A stretch of DNA of 64,000 nt. Origin: Mytilus trossulus (lineage: Eukaryota). Both the position numbers and the translations under genes were made by a program. How positions within the stretch are numbered: position 1 is the first letter of the stretch; each line of letters starts with the position of its first letter. Below the pieces are notes generated by a model. That model saw only the letters and a program-made list of their open reading frames with translations. It was not told the DNA's origin and did no database searches. Location: NCBI RefSeq assembly GCF_036588685.1, contig NC_086382.1, positions 23,994,001-24,058,000 of the forward strand, in the 5' to 3' direction. This document shows positions 1 through 13,400 of the stretch, in pieces.

Positions 1-869
1 TATAGTCTCTGGGGTTCCCAGTGAAGATATTTTTTGTTCTCATTTAATAAAAAGATTTGAGGTACACAGTCTACAAAATGAAACTAAAGTTGAAAAGATG
101 ATGCTCGTTTTGTTGTTTACTCAAAATTTAATTACTAATTCGGAACTGCTTAAAAATGAAATAAGTCATAAGACAAATGGAAACAGTCGCTGCTTGAATA
201 CGCAGAATTGCCCTTCATACAATTTGACACATAGTCCCACAATGCCCCAATGATCTAAAGTATAATGAAAAAAAATATCATAAAATTCACTATAAAAGAA
301 ATAACATAACTAACTCTTTTAGCCATAGATTTGTATAAAAAATTATGTAAAAAAACACAGTACTAAAAATTTACATAGTATTACATACAAAATGACAGGA
401 ACTAAATTTATAGAAAACAGATTACGAGCGACCAAACGGGTCACTTTTTATAATCAGATTCATTTAGTTCATACAGTCTATTTTCTTTCAGAAATTAATT
501 ATGCATGACATAACATCTGAACTCCATGTTTGTTTTTAAATTTATACTTATAGGAAAGGGTAACGGTTTGATTTGACGGTAAGCCAGATATATATACACA
601 AGTTTCCGTCGAGGAGACAGCAGCTCAACTACGCAACTACAAAACAATCTTTATAAGAACTATGCCTTCAGCTACCGTTTGTTTTCTTCTTCAATTCTTT
701 TTAAAACCTAGCTCTTGTTATACTGAATTTGAATAACAACCCCCCTTTCCAAAATAAATAGATAAATAAATTAAATTAAATTAAAAAAAAATCAAAAAAT
801 CTTTCAATCGAAAACTTATCAAGTGAGGAAGAAGCTTCTGTCATCAGTACACAATTATTGCTTCGTTGC

Positions 870-1000
870 TAATTTCGGGGTTAGAACCCTACATGCCCTA
901 CACGTGGTAGCTTGGTTCGACTCCCAAACTATATTTGACAGTTTCCCAGCCGATGGTCAGTGGTTCTGTGCAGACTCTTCAGCTTTCTTCAACATAAAAA
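870..1000 (+). mobile_element. Possible degenerate tRNA-derived SINE
   Basis: B-box-like GGTTCGACTCCC at ~914 followed by a SINE-core-like segment; no cloverleaf. Confidence 0.35.
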
Positions 1001-3064
1001 AAAGCTAGTTTTTGTATTGTAAAAGTAAAAAAAAATATTTTTGTTAAAAAAGGCTATTTTTATTTGAAATTGAATTTGATAATAGGAATTTCCAGCACTG
1101 TATAGTGATGAGTCCGGATAGGACTGTTATATATGCCCCTGTACATAACTCCTCATTTTTGTAACATTGTAATACCTAAATGAATCGAATGGTCGCCCGT
1201 AATCGGTTGTCTAGAAATATAGATCCTGTCATTTTTTATGTTTGTAAACTTTTAGTACTGTGTTTTTTACATATACAAATTAAATGTAAGTGCTAAAAGT
1301 TTAGTTATGTTACTTCTTTTATAGTGAAACAACAGGAAAGACAATGTTGCGAGCAAATATAAAATCATGAACGAGGTGGACAATATCGGTGAGATCGTCA
1401 CTACATCGTGCACTGGACATACCTCGACTTTTATGCCATCTAAAAATTGGGAAGTGGTATTTTTTAGCCATTATGTACTTTGAAATGATAGACATTAAGC
1501 TAATTTATGAAAACTCTAAATCGGTCTTTGATTATTCAACAGAAATATCTAACATTTGATTATGATGTTATATCTAAATATTGTAGGGCTATAATTTTTG
1601 GCTTCAGACTTAAGTTTTAGGTTGAATTTTGTATTCATTTGAATCATTACCATCTTCTGTTTGATTGATTGTCATTTAGAATAACAATAAGATAGTTGAT
1701 TGTTGCTTTATGTCCAGTGGCAAATATTTCCTGACACTATTAGGGAATAATGGTTTGAAGTCTTTAAGTTTTGGTAGGTCTTTCGTAAAGATGTTTTACC
1801 CCTTTGCAATATAACAAAAACACTTAATATATATTAATGAATTACATGTTGTTGTCGCTTTGACACATTCCCCATTTCCTTTCTCAATGTTATGATAAAT
1901 CGCAAAACTCTTCATGCTCAAGATTGATCTCGAGCATATATTTCAATGGTCAAAGATGATATCCCGAAGTCACGTGAATAATTTCCCTTGAAATAAGGAG
2001 TCAGGCGACCAACACTGACAGGACTGTCTACTTGTTTTTAAATAGATTAGACAGTTGGTTTCCTCATTTGAATTGTTTTACACTATAAGTCCTGTCATTT
2101 TCGGGCCTCTTTTAGCTTGCAGTTCGAGTGAACCAAGGTTCAATGTTGAATACTGTACTTTGACCTACAATGGTTTGCAAATTGTGATTAAGATGGAGGG
2201 ATGTCTCATTTTCTGCCAAACACAATATTTTTATATCTTTTAAAATAAACAGATGCTCCTATGGAGATGCGCCATTAGCGCGTGATACGCCCGTCACTTT
2301 CTCAAAAAATAAAGCTCAATAACTTCTCAATGTGAAGAAGGAAATTCATTAACAACTAAATGCGGGTTATTTTAAAAGATATACACAACTCACCAAAGTT
2401 TCATGATAACTGCTCAAGCACTAGAAAAAAATCCCCCATTTTTATGAATAAAATCACATAATTCCGAAACGTTAAATCTAAAGTTTATCAAAAAAACAAT
2501 CAAAACGGAGCTCATAGATATAAACAATGCACCAATTTTTTTTTGGCAAATTGTTGAAAGTGTTTTAGATTCAGTGTCCGAACACTGAAAAATCACTCTT
2601 TTTAATACAAAAAACAATAACAAAAAAACTCGGAAACTTTAAATCTTCAATTTATAAAAAAAAAAAAAAAAAAACACGAAAGGGAGCTCATGTATACTTA
2701 GATTTAAACAATTCTTCACAGTTTTATGCGAATTGGTTAAAGTGTTTAGAATAATTGTTCGACAAGTTGACGACGCACGGACGGACGGTATATTAGAAGA
2801 CGTGCACAAAGTTGACAGCAACTGTTACATGCGCTTTTAAAAGTAGTTAATACAACTGTGTTTCAAATATATATGTTCAATAGGGATTTTTTTTATGATA
2901 AAAAGATGAGTTCTTGCCATGGAAATCCACATTGGTAGTGAGGTTATTGAAATGAAATATATAAAGGAGGAAAGGAACATACAGAAAACGGCAAAAATAT
3001 GTGAAACTTGTAACTATTCATACACAACATCGATGGCAAACTGTACAACTGCGTGAAAGCATCT

Positions 3065-3430
3065 ATCGAAGACGGACGCAGGACGACGACGGATGCCAAG
3101 TGATGAGAAAGGCTCACTCGACCTTTCGGGCCAGGTGAGCTAGAAATCAAGCGTCGTCCGTCGTCGTCCTGCGTCCGAGGTCGTTAACTTTTACAAAAAT
3201 CTTCTCCTCTGAAACTATTGGGCAAAATTTCACCAAAAATGGCCACTATCACCATTGGGGTATCTAGTTTAAAAATGTGCCCGGTGACCCGGCCAGCCAA
3301 CCAAGATGGCCGTCATGGCTAAAAAAAGAACATAGGGGTAAAATGTAGATTTTGGCTTATATCTCTGAAACCAAAGCATTTATAGCAAATAAGACAAGGG
3401 TAAAATGTTTATAAAGTGAAGATCTATCTG
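3065..3430. repeat. HINE/satellite-core-like repeat fragments
   Basis: gacg microsatellite, caggtgagct end motif, cttctcctctgaaact and caagatggccg cores. Confidence 0.5.
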
Positions 3431-5199
3431 CTCCAGCTATTTCAAGTCTAAAGTTCTATCCTTATTCAATATACCCTCATTTTCGAGTGGTATTTAAAAG
3501 TTTCACCCAAACCTCACTATCGACATCCTATATTGTACGACCTACCTATTGTATTCAAAATTTATTTGTTGTAGTCATTAACAGGCATGAAATATTTACT
3601 ACTTGACGTAAAGCAAATAACAATCAATCAACTTAATTGATTTCTCTGTACTAGTACTTAACCCACACAGACAAGATCTTGTAAAATGCTATAATTTACA
3701 ATTTCCATTTATATTATTATGTATTTGTTTTTTTGTTGTTATTTTAGGGGGGGTCTCTTCAATTTACACATACATGTACCTAAGCCTTCGTGCTCAGGGA
3801 TCTGAACACCTCATTTTGTTCGGAGTTCTTTTAATATCAATATTAACTTATCATTGGACTTTTATTATAAGTAACAATCTTTGATCTTAGAAAAAATGCC
3901 TTCCATGAAATGAGGGCTTCTGTTATTAAAATATCTTATGTAAATTACTGTGTCTTAGTTGTTTAACTATTTTTAACATTCAAGAAACCAATACTATAAA
4001 TTAAATGGAAATCTGAAAAAGTTAATAAGAAATTATTCGAACCAATTTTTTGGAAATATTCAGCTTATTTTTTAAAATTTTCCAAAACTAAACAATAAAC
4101 TACACGAACCAGACCAAAAAGTACCGGTGATCGCAGGTGCTTCGGAAGGGTACGTAGATCTTGCTCCACATGTGGCACCCGATGTGTTGCTTTTTATAAC
4201 ACATCCGGTAAATAATCTAATTCGGTAGGTCAAATTCATGAAAGGAAAAGGGATTGTAGTTACGACGTAAGGAACATATAAGATAGCATTTGTGAAACGG
4301 TTAATAGTTTTCCATAACGGTCAACCAACCAAAAAAGTTTTCTAGAGTTTTCTGATATACATCTTCCATGTCTATACACTTTGAGGAACTTTAGTCTTCC
4401 ATTCACTTTTACTGAAATATTATTGACAAAATTTACAAAGACAAATGTCTGTCTATGTTTAGTATTTTATACAACTTTAATCTGGAATAAATGGTTATTT
4501 CAGCATAATTGTCTACCTTTGCGAGTTTGAGAATTGAAGCAAACAAAATACAGGTCAGTTTTATCCAAAGGAAAAGGGTCAATTTTTCATTTACAACTTT
4601 TATGAAATATTAACTAGCCAAATATTCCATCATTACTTGCTTACTGTTTTATATATTTTTGTAGTCATACGAGGTCAAGTGAAATATTTCATATCATTAT
4701 TATGTTAACCTTTATCATATTCACTGTTTTTTTTTCTTTCAACTTTACTTTCAATGAATTTTTTTTAAATCTCCTATCCTATGTTCTGTATTCCTCATGA
4801 CCATTAACCTTATTTTTTCCCTGGTCTTTTGATATTATTTATTATGCAATGCTTCTTATTGACTTTTATATTCATCTGTTTGTTCCTCCATGTATCTATC
4901 TATCCGTTCTTTACATATGATGTTAGTTGCGGTTTTTGCGAACAAGTAAATAACATTTTCCAAAATTATGGTATCGAGCATAAATTTCGCATGTTTTGTG
5001 TAATCATAAAGTACGCATATTTTGTGTATGGATAAAGTACACATGTTTTGTGTTCTTTTATTCGTCTGTTTGTCTTTTTTTGTCCATGGTGTTGTCAGTT
5101 TATTTTCGATTTATGAGTTTGACTGTTCTTTTGGTATCTCTTGACTCCCTTTTATATGGAGGTCGACTTTTCCACAAATTGTCTGCATTTCTATTGTAA

Positions 5200-5785
5200 T
5201 TTACTGTGCGCATTTACTTGCCACCATCAACCTATTTATATACGAGTCGGAGTTTATTCAGACACTTGTTAAGAAACAAGAAGACCGAAGGAGCCAGAAC
5301 ATTCCATTTATTATTCCAATTTATTGATGATTATCTTTCCATTAGCAATCAAACTTTTCGTCGATTCCATTATAATATCCTTCACAACTAAAATTAAGGA
5401 AGCAACATACACGGATTCTTCCGTCCAATTTGTAGACTTAGATATCGAACTTGATATAAACAAAAATGAAGTAGTTATCTCAGAACCAGAATCAATGACA
5501 ATTGAGGCGATTTTAGTCTCTAAATTAAAATTTTCCTTCACTTTAGCAGCAATATACCAAGATCATCTTAATACTGGATAATAATTTCCCAGCTTATCCG
5601 GTATTCAGGAACTTGCAACAGCTTCTTGGACTTTATCAAACGTCACCAATGTCAATGCAAAAAAAGATGTTTGGGATAAATGTAAAAGAACGTCTCGTCT
5701 TTTAGAAAACAGTTCATCGGAAGATACCAAGACCTTGTTGATAAATGTTTCGTATCAACATCACATATTATACATGATGATTTTG
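5200..5785 (+). mobile_element. Degenerate Penelope-like reverse transcriptase fragment
   Basis: Frameshifted motifs FQFIDDYLSISN, SSVQFVDLDI, LSSNIP, ISQLIRYS, FIGRYQDLVDK. Confidence 0.75.
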
Positions 5786-6214
5786 GATCTAGATTTTAGG
5801 TACTGGCATGGTCTATCATATTAAATTACTCGGTATACTTCCTTTGTATAATTGTAACCTTTACTGTTTAGTCTTTTTTTGTAAAATACCTTTACGTTTT
5901 TCAGTATTCATACATGTTATCATTGTGTTGATGTGAAAAACCTGCCGTAAAAATAACAAAAAATGCCATGTCATTTCAAAATGTACCCGTTTTTTCAAAA
6001 CGTCACTCTACTCGTTCCTGCAGTAAAACACATGTTGGTACGAGATCTGACTTGTCCAATATGTGATTAGGTGTCTTTCTCAAAGATTTCGGTATTTTGA
6101 GAACATCGGATGTTAGAAAATACTTATCCATGTTATTCCTGATATTTCGTATATGAACACATGGACTCTTAAATGTATTGATCTTTTGATAGATGAAAAA
6201 CTCAGGATTGCTAA

Positions 6215-7443
6215 TTATTTTCTTTTATTATATAATCGAAATAGTCTTTGGATCCTGCCCTTTAAGTACTTCATCCTCAACAACAACTGTTTATCTTGTT
6301 TAACTCCTTTTTTTCTAACAGATTTTTGTGCATTAATAACAATTACAGAAAACATATTCATTAAAAGGAACACAAATACAAATATAAACACAAGTATAAA
6401 AACAGGACCTAATTCAGGATAAATTTCAATATATTGATTAAAATTAGCTATCCTGAAAGTCCATTCCATCAGAGTCAGAAAACTGTATCCGAATGATCTG
6501 TAACCTGCTAACGAGGAGCCAAACAACAAATAACCACAACATGCAAAAGCTATCAATGAAAAAATATACATAAAAGTGAAATACTTTAAGGGTTTGTTCG
6601 CATATTCCATTATCGAAAATAAATATTTCAATTTATGAGTCAGCCTTAAAAGTTGCAGGAATTTCATCGATGCAATTGCGGTTAGCACAGCCAAAATGTA
6701 GAATAAAATGCTGTCCCATAAGATTGCTAGACTAAAATTTATGTAGCTGTTGTTACCAGAGTCTCTGTACTGACGTAGTACGATTGTTGTTCTTCTATAT
6801 CTCACTATAAATATCACAGTTGCAGTATAACACAATATTAACATGAACATGGAAAGCTTGTTCCAAAATATTTTAAAGTATGTACAAAAACCAATCAATC
6901 TTATCTTTCTGATCTCAATGAAAGTAAAAAGAAAAGTCAAAACTAAAAATATCACCTCAAACACCAACCACGTAATTTCTTCTGTAGACGAGTAGTCAGA
7001 TAAAGGCAAAGTATATATCTGATGTGATTTCGTTAGAGTACCAGGACTGCTGTACTCAAAAGCTATCAAAACTGAACTATACATATAAACATTAGGATTA
7101 TATAAAACGAATTCTATGAAAAAAGCTCTTGTTCTTATGTCAATCCATGACTTAAGATTTAACTCTGCAATCTTTGAAATAGCTGAGGAATCTGCTTTCA
7201 TATCAACTAAATAGCCACCCCCACTATATACTGCTCGATCGCCTATGTATGGCACAGAATCTAAGGCCCAACCATTTTGGTAGGACCATTCATCTTTGGC
7301 GGAGACCCCTTTTGACTGAGTCAGCCAGGACCTATTGTAATGGTTGTCGTCATCTTCTATCGAGTTCAATGAAGACGAACATTCAATACCAAGATGGTCA
7401 AAACCAAATAGTTTCTTCAACTTTTTCGGAAACTTACAGCTAT
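6215..7443 (-). CDS. Polycystin terminal exon: TOP domain, channel helices, pore, short basic C-tail
   Basis: Acceptor ttttcag at 7444; 401-aa ORF with YSGGGY, WIDIRTRA, LFGSSL..YRSF, LGP, LMNMF; stop at 6215. Confidence 0.95.
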
Positions 7444-10400
7444 CTGAAAAAAAATGTGTTCATGAATAGATGTTATATCTAGAAAGAACAATACATACTG
7501 TAAAGCGGCTTATTTTCGGGGAAGGAACACAATCGCCAAATTAAATTCCGCCAATTTAAAAGTGTACATATTGCACAGATATTGATAACACGTTTGAAAC
7601 GGCCAAAATAACAACAGCCAAAATAGTTCGTACACTTTATCAGATGAAAATCGAGAAATTTGACACCCGCGAAAATAACCCACTAAACAGAACAACATTG
7701 AAAAAGAGGAAAAAAAAAAAAAGGAGACATTACAGGAAGTATTATCACACTATAGCATGTGTAGTTTTGCGTGAGGATGACTACATGTTTTCCGTACCTA
7801 CCATGATTTTCTTAAACAGTGAATGCACTTAATTGAGGAAGCAATCCGGGTTTTGTTCTCTTTAATTTAAACAAAATTGCAGAAAAATCAAATATTAATT
7901 AGCTTTTCTTGTTAATTAGGTCTTACTATAAACGGATATGAGGTTCTCTTTTTTTTTACTTATAAAACGTTACACTTTTGGTGGTACGTCTAGGACAGGA
8001 GGAGCTGTTATTATTTTAAACACAATTTTTTTGAAGGGCTCAGTGTGCATACGTATTTTATTTGGACATTTTAACCCTATATACATGATATACAACGGTT
8101 TTATTTCTAAATTTGCAAAGTTAATATTAAACATAGACATATTCATCGTGATGCTTTAGTTGCTTCTTAATTATTCATATTTATACTATATGTTCACCCC
8201 AAGAAGATGGCATTGTTTTTACTTCAAAAGTACAACATATATTTAGTTTACAAATAATTGTGAAAAAATAATTTTACCGATTCATACACACATAACTATG
8301 GGTACATTTTAAAACATGAGGGTACTTTTTACCAAATACCGTTTTGATCCCTAACATCACTGAAGATACATTTATTGTCAAAATCCGGATCTAATGTACT
8401 AAAAAACTATTGACACATTATGTTTGTGGCATAAGATCGTGGCCACAAGTAAATTGTTTTCTGTTTAGTATTAAATTTATATTAAGATCCATTTTGTTTC
8501 ATCTTGTGATCAATTTTATTTGACAATCGCCATTGGCAGTCAGCAGGGTTAAAGAATATCAGTTGTTCGACCTGTTAGTCAAATGCGTTTTGTTTAAATA
8601 TACTTTTTCACTTTTTTGGTCTTTTGGAAAATGTTCTTTGTGCTGTTTTTAGACCCTTCTACAACGAAATTTGTTTTACATGCACACGTAAATCATAGTT
8701 TTCAATTTAGACTCGTTTATATTTTTTCGTTTGGGCTTGTATCATATTTTCCCTCCGGATTTAATGATCCGTTCATCCTATATTGACTCTTAAAATTCAA
8801 GAGTTTATCTAAAAATGAGGGCACTTTCTATATGGCCTTCCAAATACCGGTTTGATCCCTAACATGGAACTTAGTTAACATGGTTACTGTGATATGATCT
8901 TTCTAATTTTAATGCCAAATTAGAGATCTTATCCAATTTTCATGGTCCACTGAACATAGAAACTGAAAGTGCAGATTGAGCATCCGTGTACTTTGTGCAC
9001 ATTCTTGTTTTATAAACTGTTAATCTGTAAAGATGACCATATCAATGATTATTCATGGCAGCACAGAAGTGCCGGTTACTGCGATGGTGATACCCTTTGG
9101 GAATTAAAAGATATGTTTCTTAAATGGAGAATAGAGTAAGAAACTTCTGCTATGCCAACATCACCCGCACTGTTACAAGACTTTGGAGTCTTAATAAACA
9201 TGAAAAAGCCAACAGGAAGTTTAAAACCGAGTAATGTAGAAAAGTAAGGTATTCTTCTAAATATGTATCAACTATATAGTCACTGATCTCAGCTAATTTT
9301 TTTTATATTACCTGTTTGGACCCGTAACTGTTTCAAACGAAATTATCACAGTGGTGTAAATAGTTATTAGAGAAATCAGGATTGTATTTTAATACGCCAG
9401 ACGCGCGTTGCGTCTACATAAGACTCACCAGTGACGCTCATATCAAAACAGTTAAAAAGCCAAACAAGTACAAAGTTGCTAAATTTGATTTATATATTTT
9501 CTACCTACACATGTTAGAGTTGAAATTTCATTTAAAACACTTCCTTAATTTAATATAACAAATAAAACATAGAAAATCATGCTGAGTTTCATAAAAGATC
9601 TCATGTCTTGAAAATTAAAATTAAAACGTTAAAGAAATTGAAATAATTCTACGCAAAACGTGTCTTCAATGGAGAATAACGTTAAAACTTCTGCTTAGCC
9701 TACATCATTCGCAATAAAATTACCTGTTGGGACCCTTATCTGTTTCAAACGAAATTTTCCTAACAGTAGAAAATCATTTTCTGGAATCTTCTTTGACGTG
9801 TCATATGGTATTGTTCTATTCAATGGTGGTATTACACTTTCCTTGATATAAGTCCAGATATCACCACGTGTCTTTATCTGAAAAGCCATAATTAGGTATG
9901 AAATATAAAACGATGTACAAATTTGATTTTAATGTCAGCTTTTATGATATAATCAGCATAAAGAACAACCGTTGTAGTTTAAAAACGTTTGCTTTCTTTA
10001 CCTACACATTTAAATTTATTACAGTTTTTGTTAATATTTCGACTTTTTTTGAATACAGGAAACCAATTTATTGAAATGAACAATTATATTTTTTTCAGTT
10101 TGCATTAACCTTGATACTTTTTTTTTCTTGTGGCTATACGACAATGTTGGCACATTCTGTTTGATATGTTGTTTCATGTGTACTATTGTGTGTCTGTTTG
10201 TCCTTTTAATTTTTAGCCATGGCGCTGTAAGTTTATTTTCGATTTATGAGTTCGACTGTCTCCTGGTATCTTTCTCTCTTTTATACAGCTTTAATTGCCC
10301 TTTATAGTATTTACACTATTCACTTTATACCTGCTTTACTCGATAGCGAATGACACATTTTAGTATTTTCTATTTATTAAAATCATGCGTAAATCATACA

Positions 10401-13400
10401 CCATGTATGAAGTTTATTTCGTCTAATATTTAAGAAGCCTTCTGGCAATCAAATTTTCTCTTTTTCTTTCTTCTTAGAAGAAACGCCCGGTGTGATACAA
10501 TGTTTTTAAAATTATCTATTCGAATCCTATATTTATAGTATGGACTTTTAATTCCAGAAATGTTTCATAATTCCTTTATGTACTTGATAAAATGAAGAAA
10601 GAAATAAAATTTACATTTTCGTTTGTTTTCAACTTCTTCGGCACTTGGAACAAAGCAAAATCATACATCTTGAGTTCAGCAACTCTTGCAGTACTGATTA
10701 TAGTTCCAAAGTTTATGTTCATGCCCATTATTATGTTGAAGGTTTTTTGTATTAAATTTCCATGGCACTCTCGGTTTTCTTACAGACACTATGCCCTTGG
10801 TGCCATACAGAAAAAAAAACACTTCTATCTGTTAACTCCTTATATAAAATGTATCTTGTCTCATTATACAGAACTAGTTCTACTGAAAAAGGGAATGTAC
10901 CTAGAAGATACAAACGCAATGTTTAAGGTCATAGCAATATTTTAGACGAAGAGGTTACCGTCACTATATTAGCCATTATTTGAGTGAGTGCTTACTTCTC
11001 ATATATCTCAATGAATTGGAGATTTTGCATACCTTGAAAGGTGATTTTTGCTTCCTAGTTTGATATTTTTAATCAATATCGGTACAGATTTACTACTTAG
11101 ACCCTGAATTTATGGTAATTGTCAATTTTTAATTCCTCAGAAATAACACCCCAATCCATCAAATGCATTAACATATGGAGGTTAATACGCTACTCTCATG
11201 CATTAACATATGGAGGTTAATACGTCACTCTCACGCATGCTTATACTAAAAAAAAAGGTATATGGATTTGAAGTGTTTGTCAATTGCAACTAAAAAAACA
11301 CTATTACGGTAATTATTACAAATTCATGAATCGATACATTTAATCTGTTTCCTTATCCTCTATTTCTGTTACTTACGGTATCTACTTTCTTGTTGATAAA
11401 TATGTTATTGATGACTTGAGACTGCTGGAAACATTTCTCCACGGGACGTTGGTTGTGTACAACAAATAACAGTATAAATGTAAAAAAGACGTAAATGATA
11501 ATGTCTAGACATTTTGTGTTGACTTTTCTCTTTTTGTCAAGTTCTTGTTTAGCCTTTTTAAGATCTTTTCTTGTAGCATGCTCTGGGATAAAAGTCCACT
11601 TTTTGGATCTTCTTGGCCAAAAGTTGTCACTTTCTGAAATAAAAAGATAGATTTATTAAAACATATCAAGTGAAGTGTATATTATGTATTGACATTCTAA
11701 ACGTACTTTAAAAAAATTGTGGTCAGGATTATGAAATTGTTTTTTTCGCTGGTAACACATGATTTATGACTTTAATATGCTGACGTCACTATTCAAATTA
11801 AGAACTACATATTAAGTTTATTGTCATATTTTATGTTTAAGATTACAAAATCCAACAAATTTTTAAGATAGTGGAGATGTTCTTTCAAACTGTTTTATTG
11901 ATTTTAGTCATCATCTACATCTTATTTATCCAGTAAATAAACATTATGCAAAATCATGAACCTGTAGTTAAGTGTTGTCGTTAGTTCATTTCCGTCATAT
12001 TTGTTTAAGGTAAATTCATTTGATGAAAATGAGGCCGATTCTTTCCATTGTTTTATATTTTTCAAGTTGAATTTTTTTCATATCACTATACAGGAAGGCC
12101 ATTCGTTCGTATAGCACTTAAATGTCACAACCTACTGTGTCAATGAAATATTAAAGGTGCCATAAAAAAAAACCAGATCTCCATATGGAAAAGTAAGGTC
12201 CTTTTTGTAATGTCGAGGCCACCTATTTAATAAGTCAGACCTTCGTTTGACAAGATAAATGTGTGTTTGTTCTCAATAGTATGAAATGTTTCTGATTTTT
12301 TTTTTCAAAAGCATAACATATACACGAGATGTCCCACGAACTAACTTAGTGAATAGCTTATTGGCTGACAGAACGAAAGCAAATATTAATAAGTTACATT
12401 TGTCTTCGGAATTTAGCATTGCTGACTTCAAAGAGATATTTAATCATCAATCTTACCTTCAAATTCGCGTACAATTAAGGCCGGTCTATAATAAGTTATG
12501 TTTCTTCTTTTCAATAGAAATGTAAACAACAGCGCAAAAAAGACAACACTGGTTGGTTCCATCACAAAGCAATCATCAACAAAAGCTGTCAGAAAGGACA
12601 CTAGCCAATTCAAACTTTCATAGTAGCCATATTGTAATCCGTACAACATAACAAAATATGATGAAATCAAAGACGTCATAATTGTTGTGGTCCATGCAAT
12701 GTATATACCCCACCTAGGAAACCTGCAAAAGATCTTTAATTAACACTATTGTTTTGTTTAAACAATTCAAAGATTACCTTAAACTACTGATATGGATAAA
12801 ACTATTTTTTTGTTTGAATTGGAGTGATTCTTTTAAAGGATTCATACCTTCCTTTAGACAAGATACTTGTTTCTATGTTGGCTATTAGTTTTTATGAAAC
12901 AAACCAACACCAACTCTTTCAATTTGTCTTAAAGTTTGGAATGGGAAATATTACCTTAGCTGTATTTGGCAAAATTTTTTGGAATTTTGGATCTACTGTC
13001 CCAGGTAAGGGTCAGGTTTGGGATCCCGCTAATATGTTTAACCCCGCCACATTATTCATGTATGTGCTTGTCCCAAGTCAGGAGCCTGTAATTCAGTGAT
13101 TGTCGTTTGTTTATGTGTTACATATTTGTTTTTCGTTCATTTTTTTATATTAATAAGGCCGTTAGTTTTCTCGTTTGAATTGTTTTACATTGTCTTATCG
13201 GAGCCTTTTACAGCTTACAATGCGGTATGGACTTTGCTCATTGTTGAAGAACGAACGGTGGCCTATTGTTGTTAATGTTTGAGTCAATTTAGTCTTTTGT
13301 GGATAGTTGTCTCAATGGCAATCATACCACATCTTCTTTTTTTTATATCTTCAACTTTGTAGTTGTTTGGCTTTATAAATATTTTTATCTGAGAGTCACT

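Noticed and set aside
870-930. tRNA gene
   Set aside because: Only a B-box-like motif, no cloverleaf; at best a SINE head
6215-7420. Stand-alone PKD2/TRPP gene from the 401-aa ORF
   Set aside because: Begins at a non-ATG codon after a splice acceptor and joins in phase to upstream PLAT and GPS exons
10592-10945. 117-aa plus-strand ORF and the other 60-110-aa ORFs outside the exon model
   Set aside because: Compositionally random, AT-rich, intronic, repeat-derived or antisense to real exons
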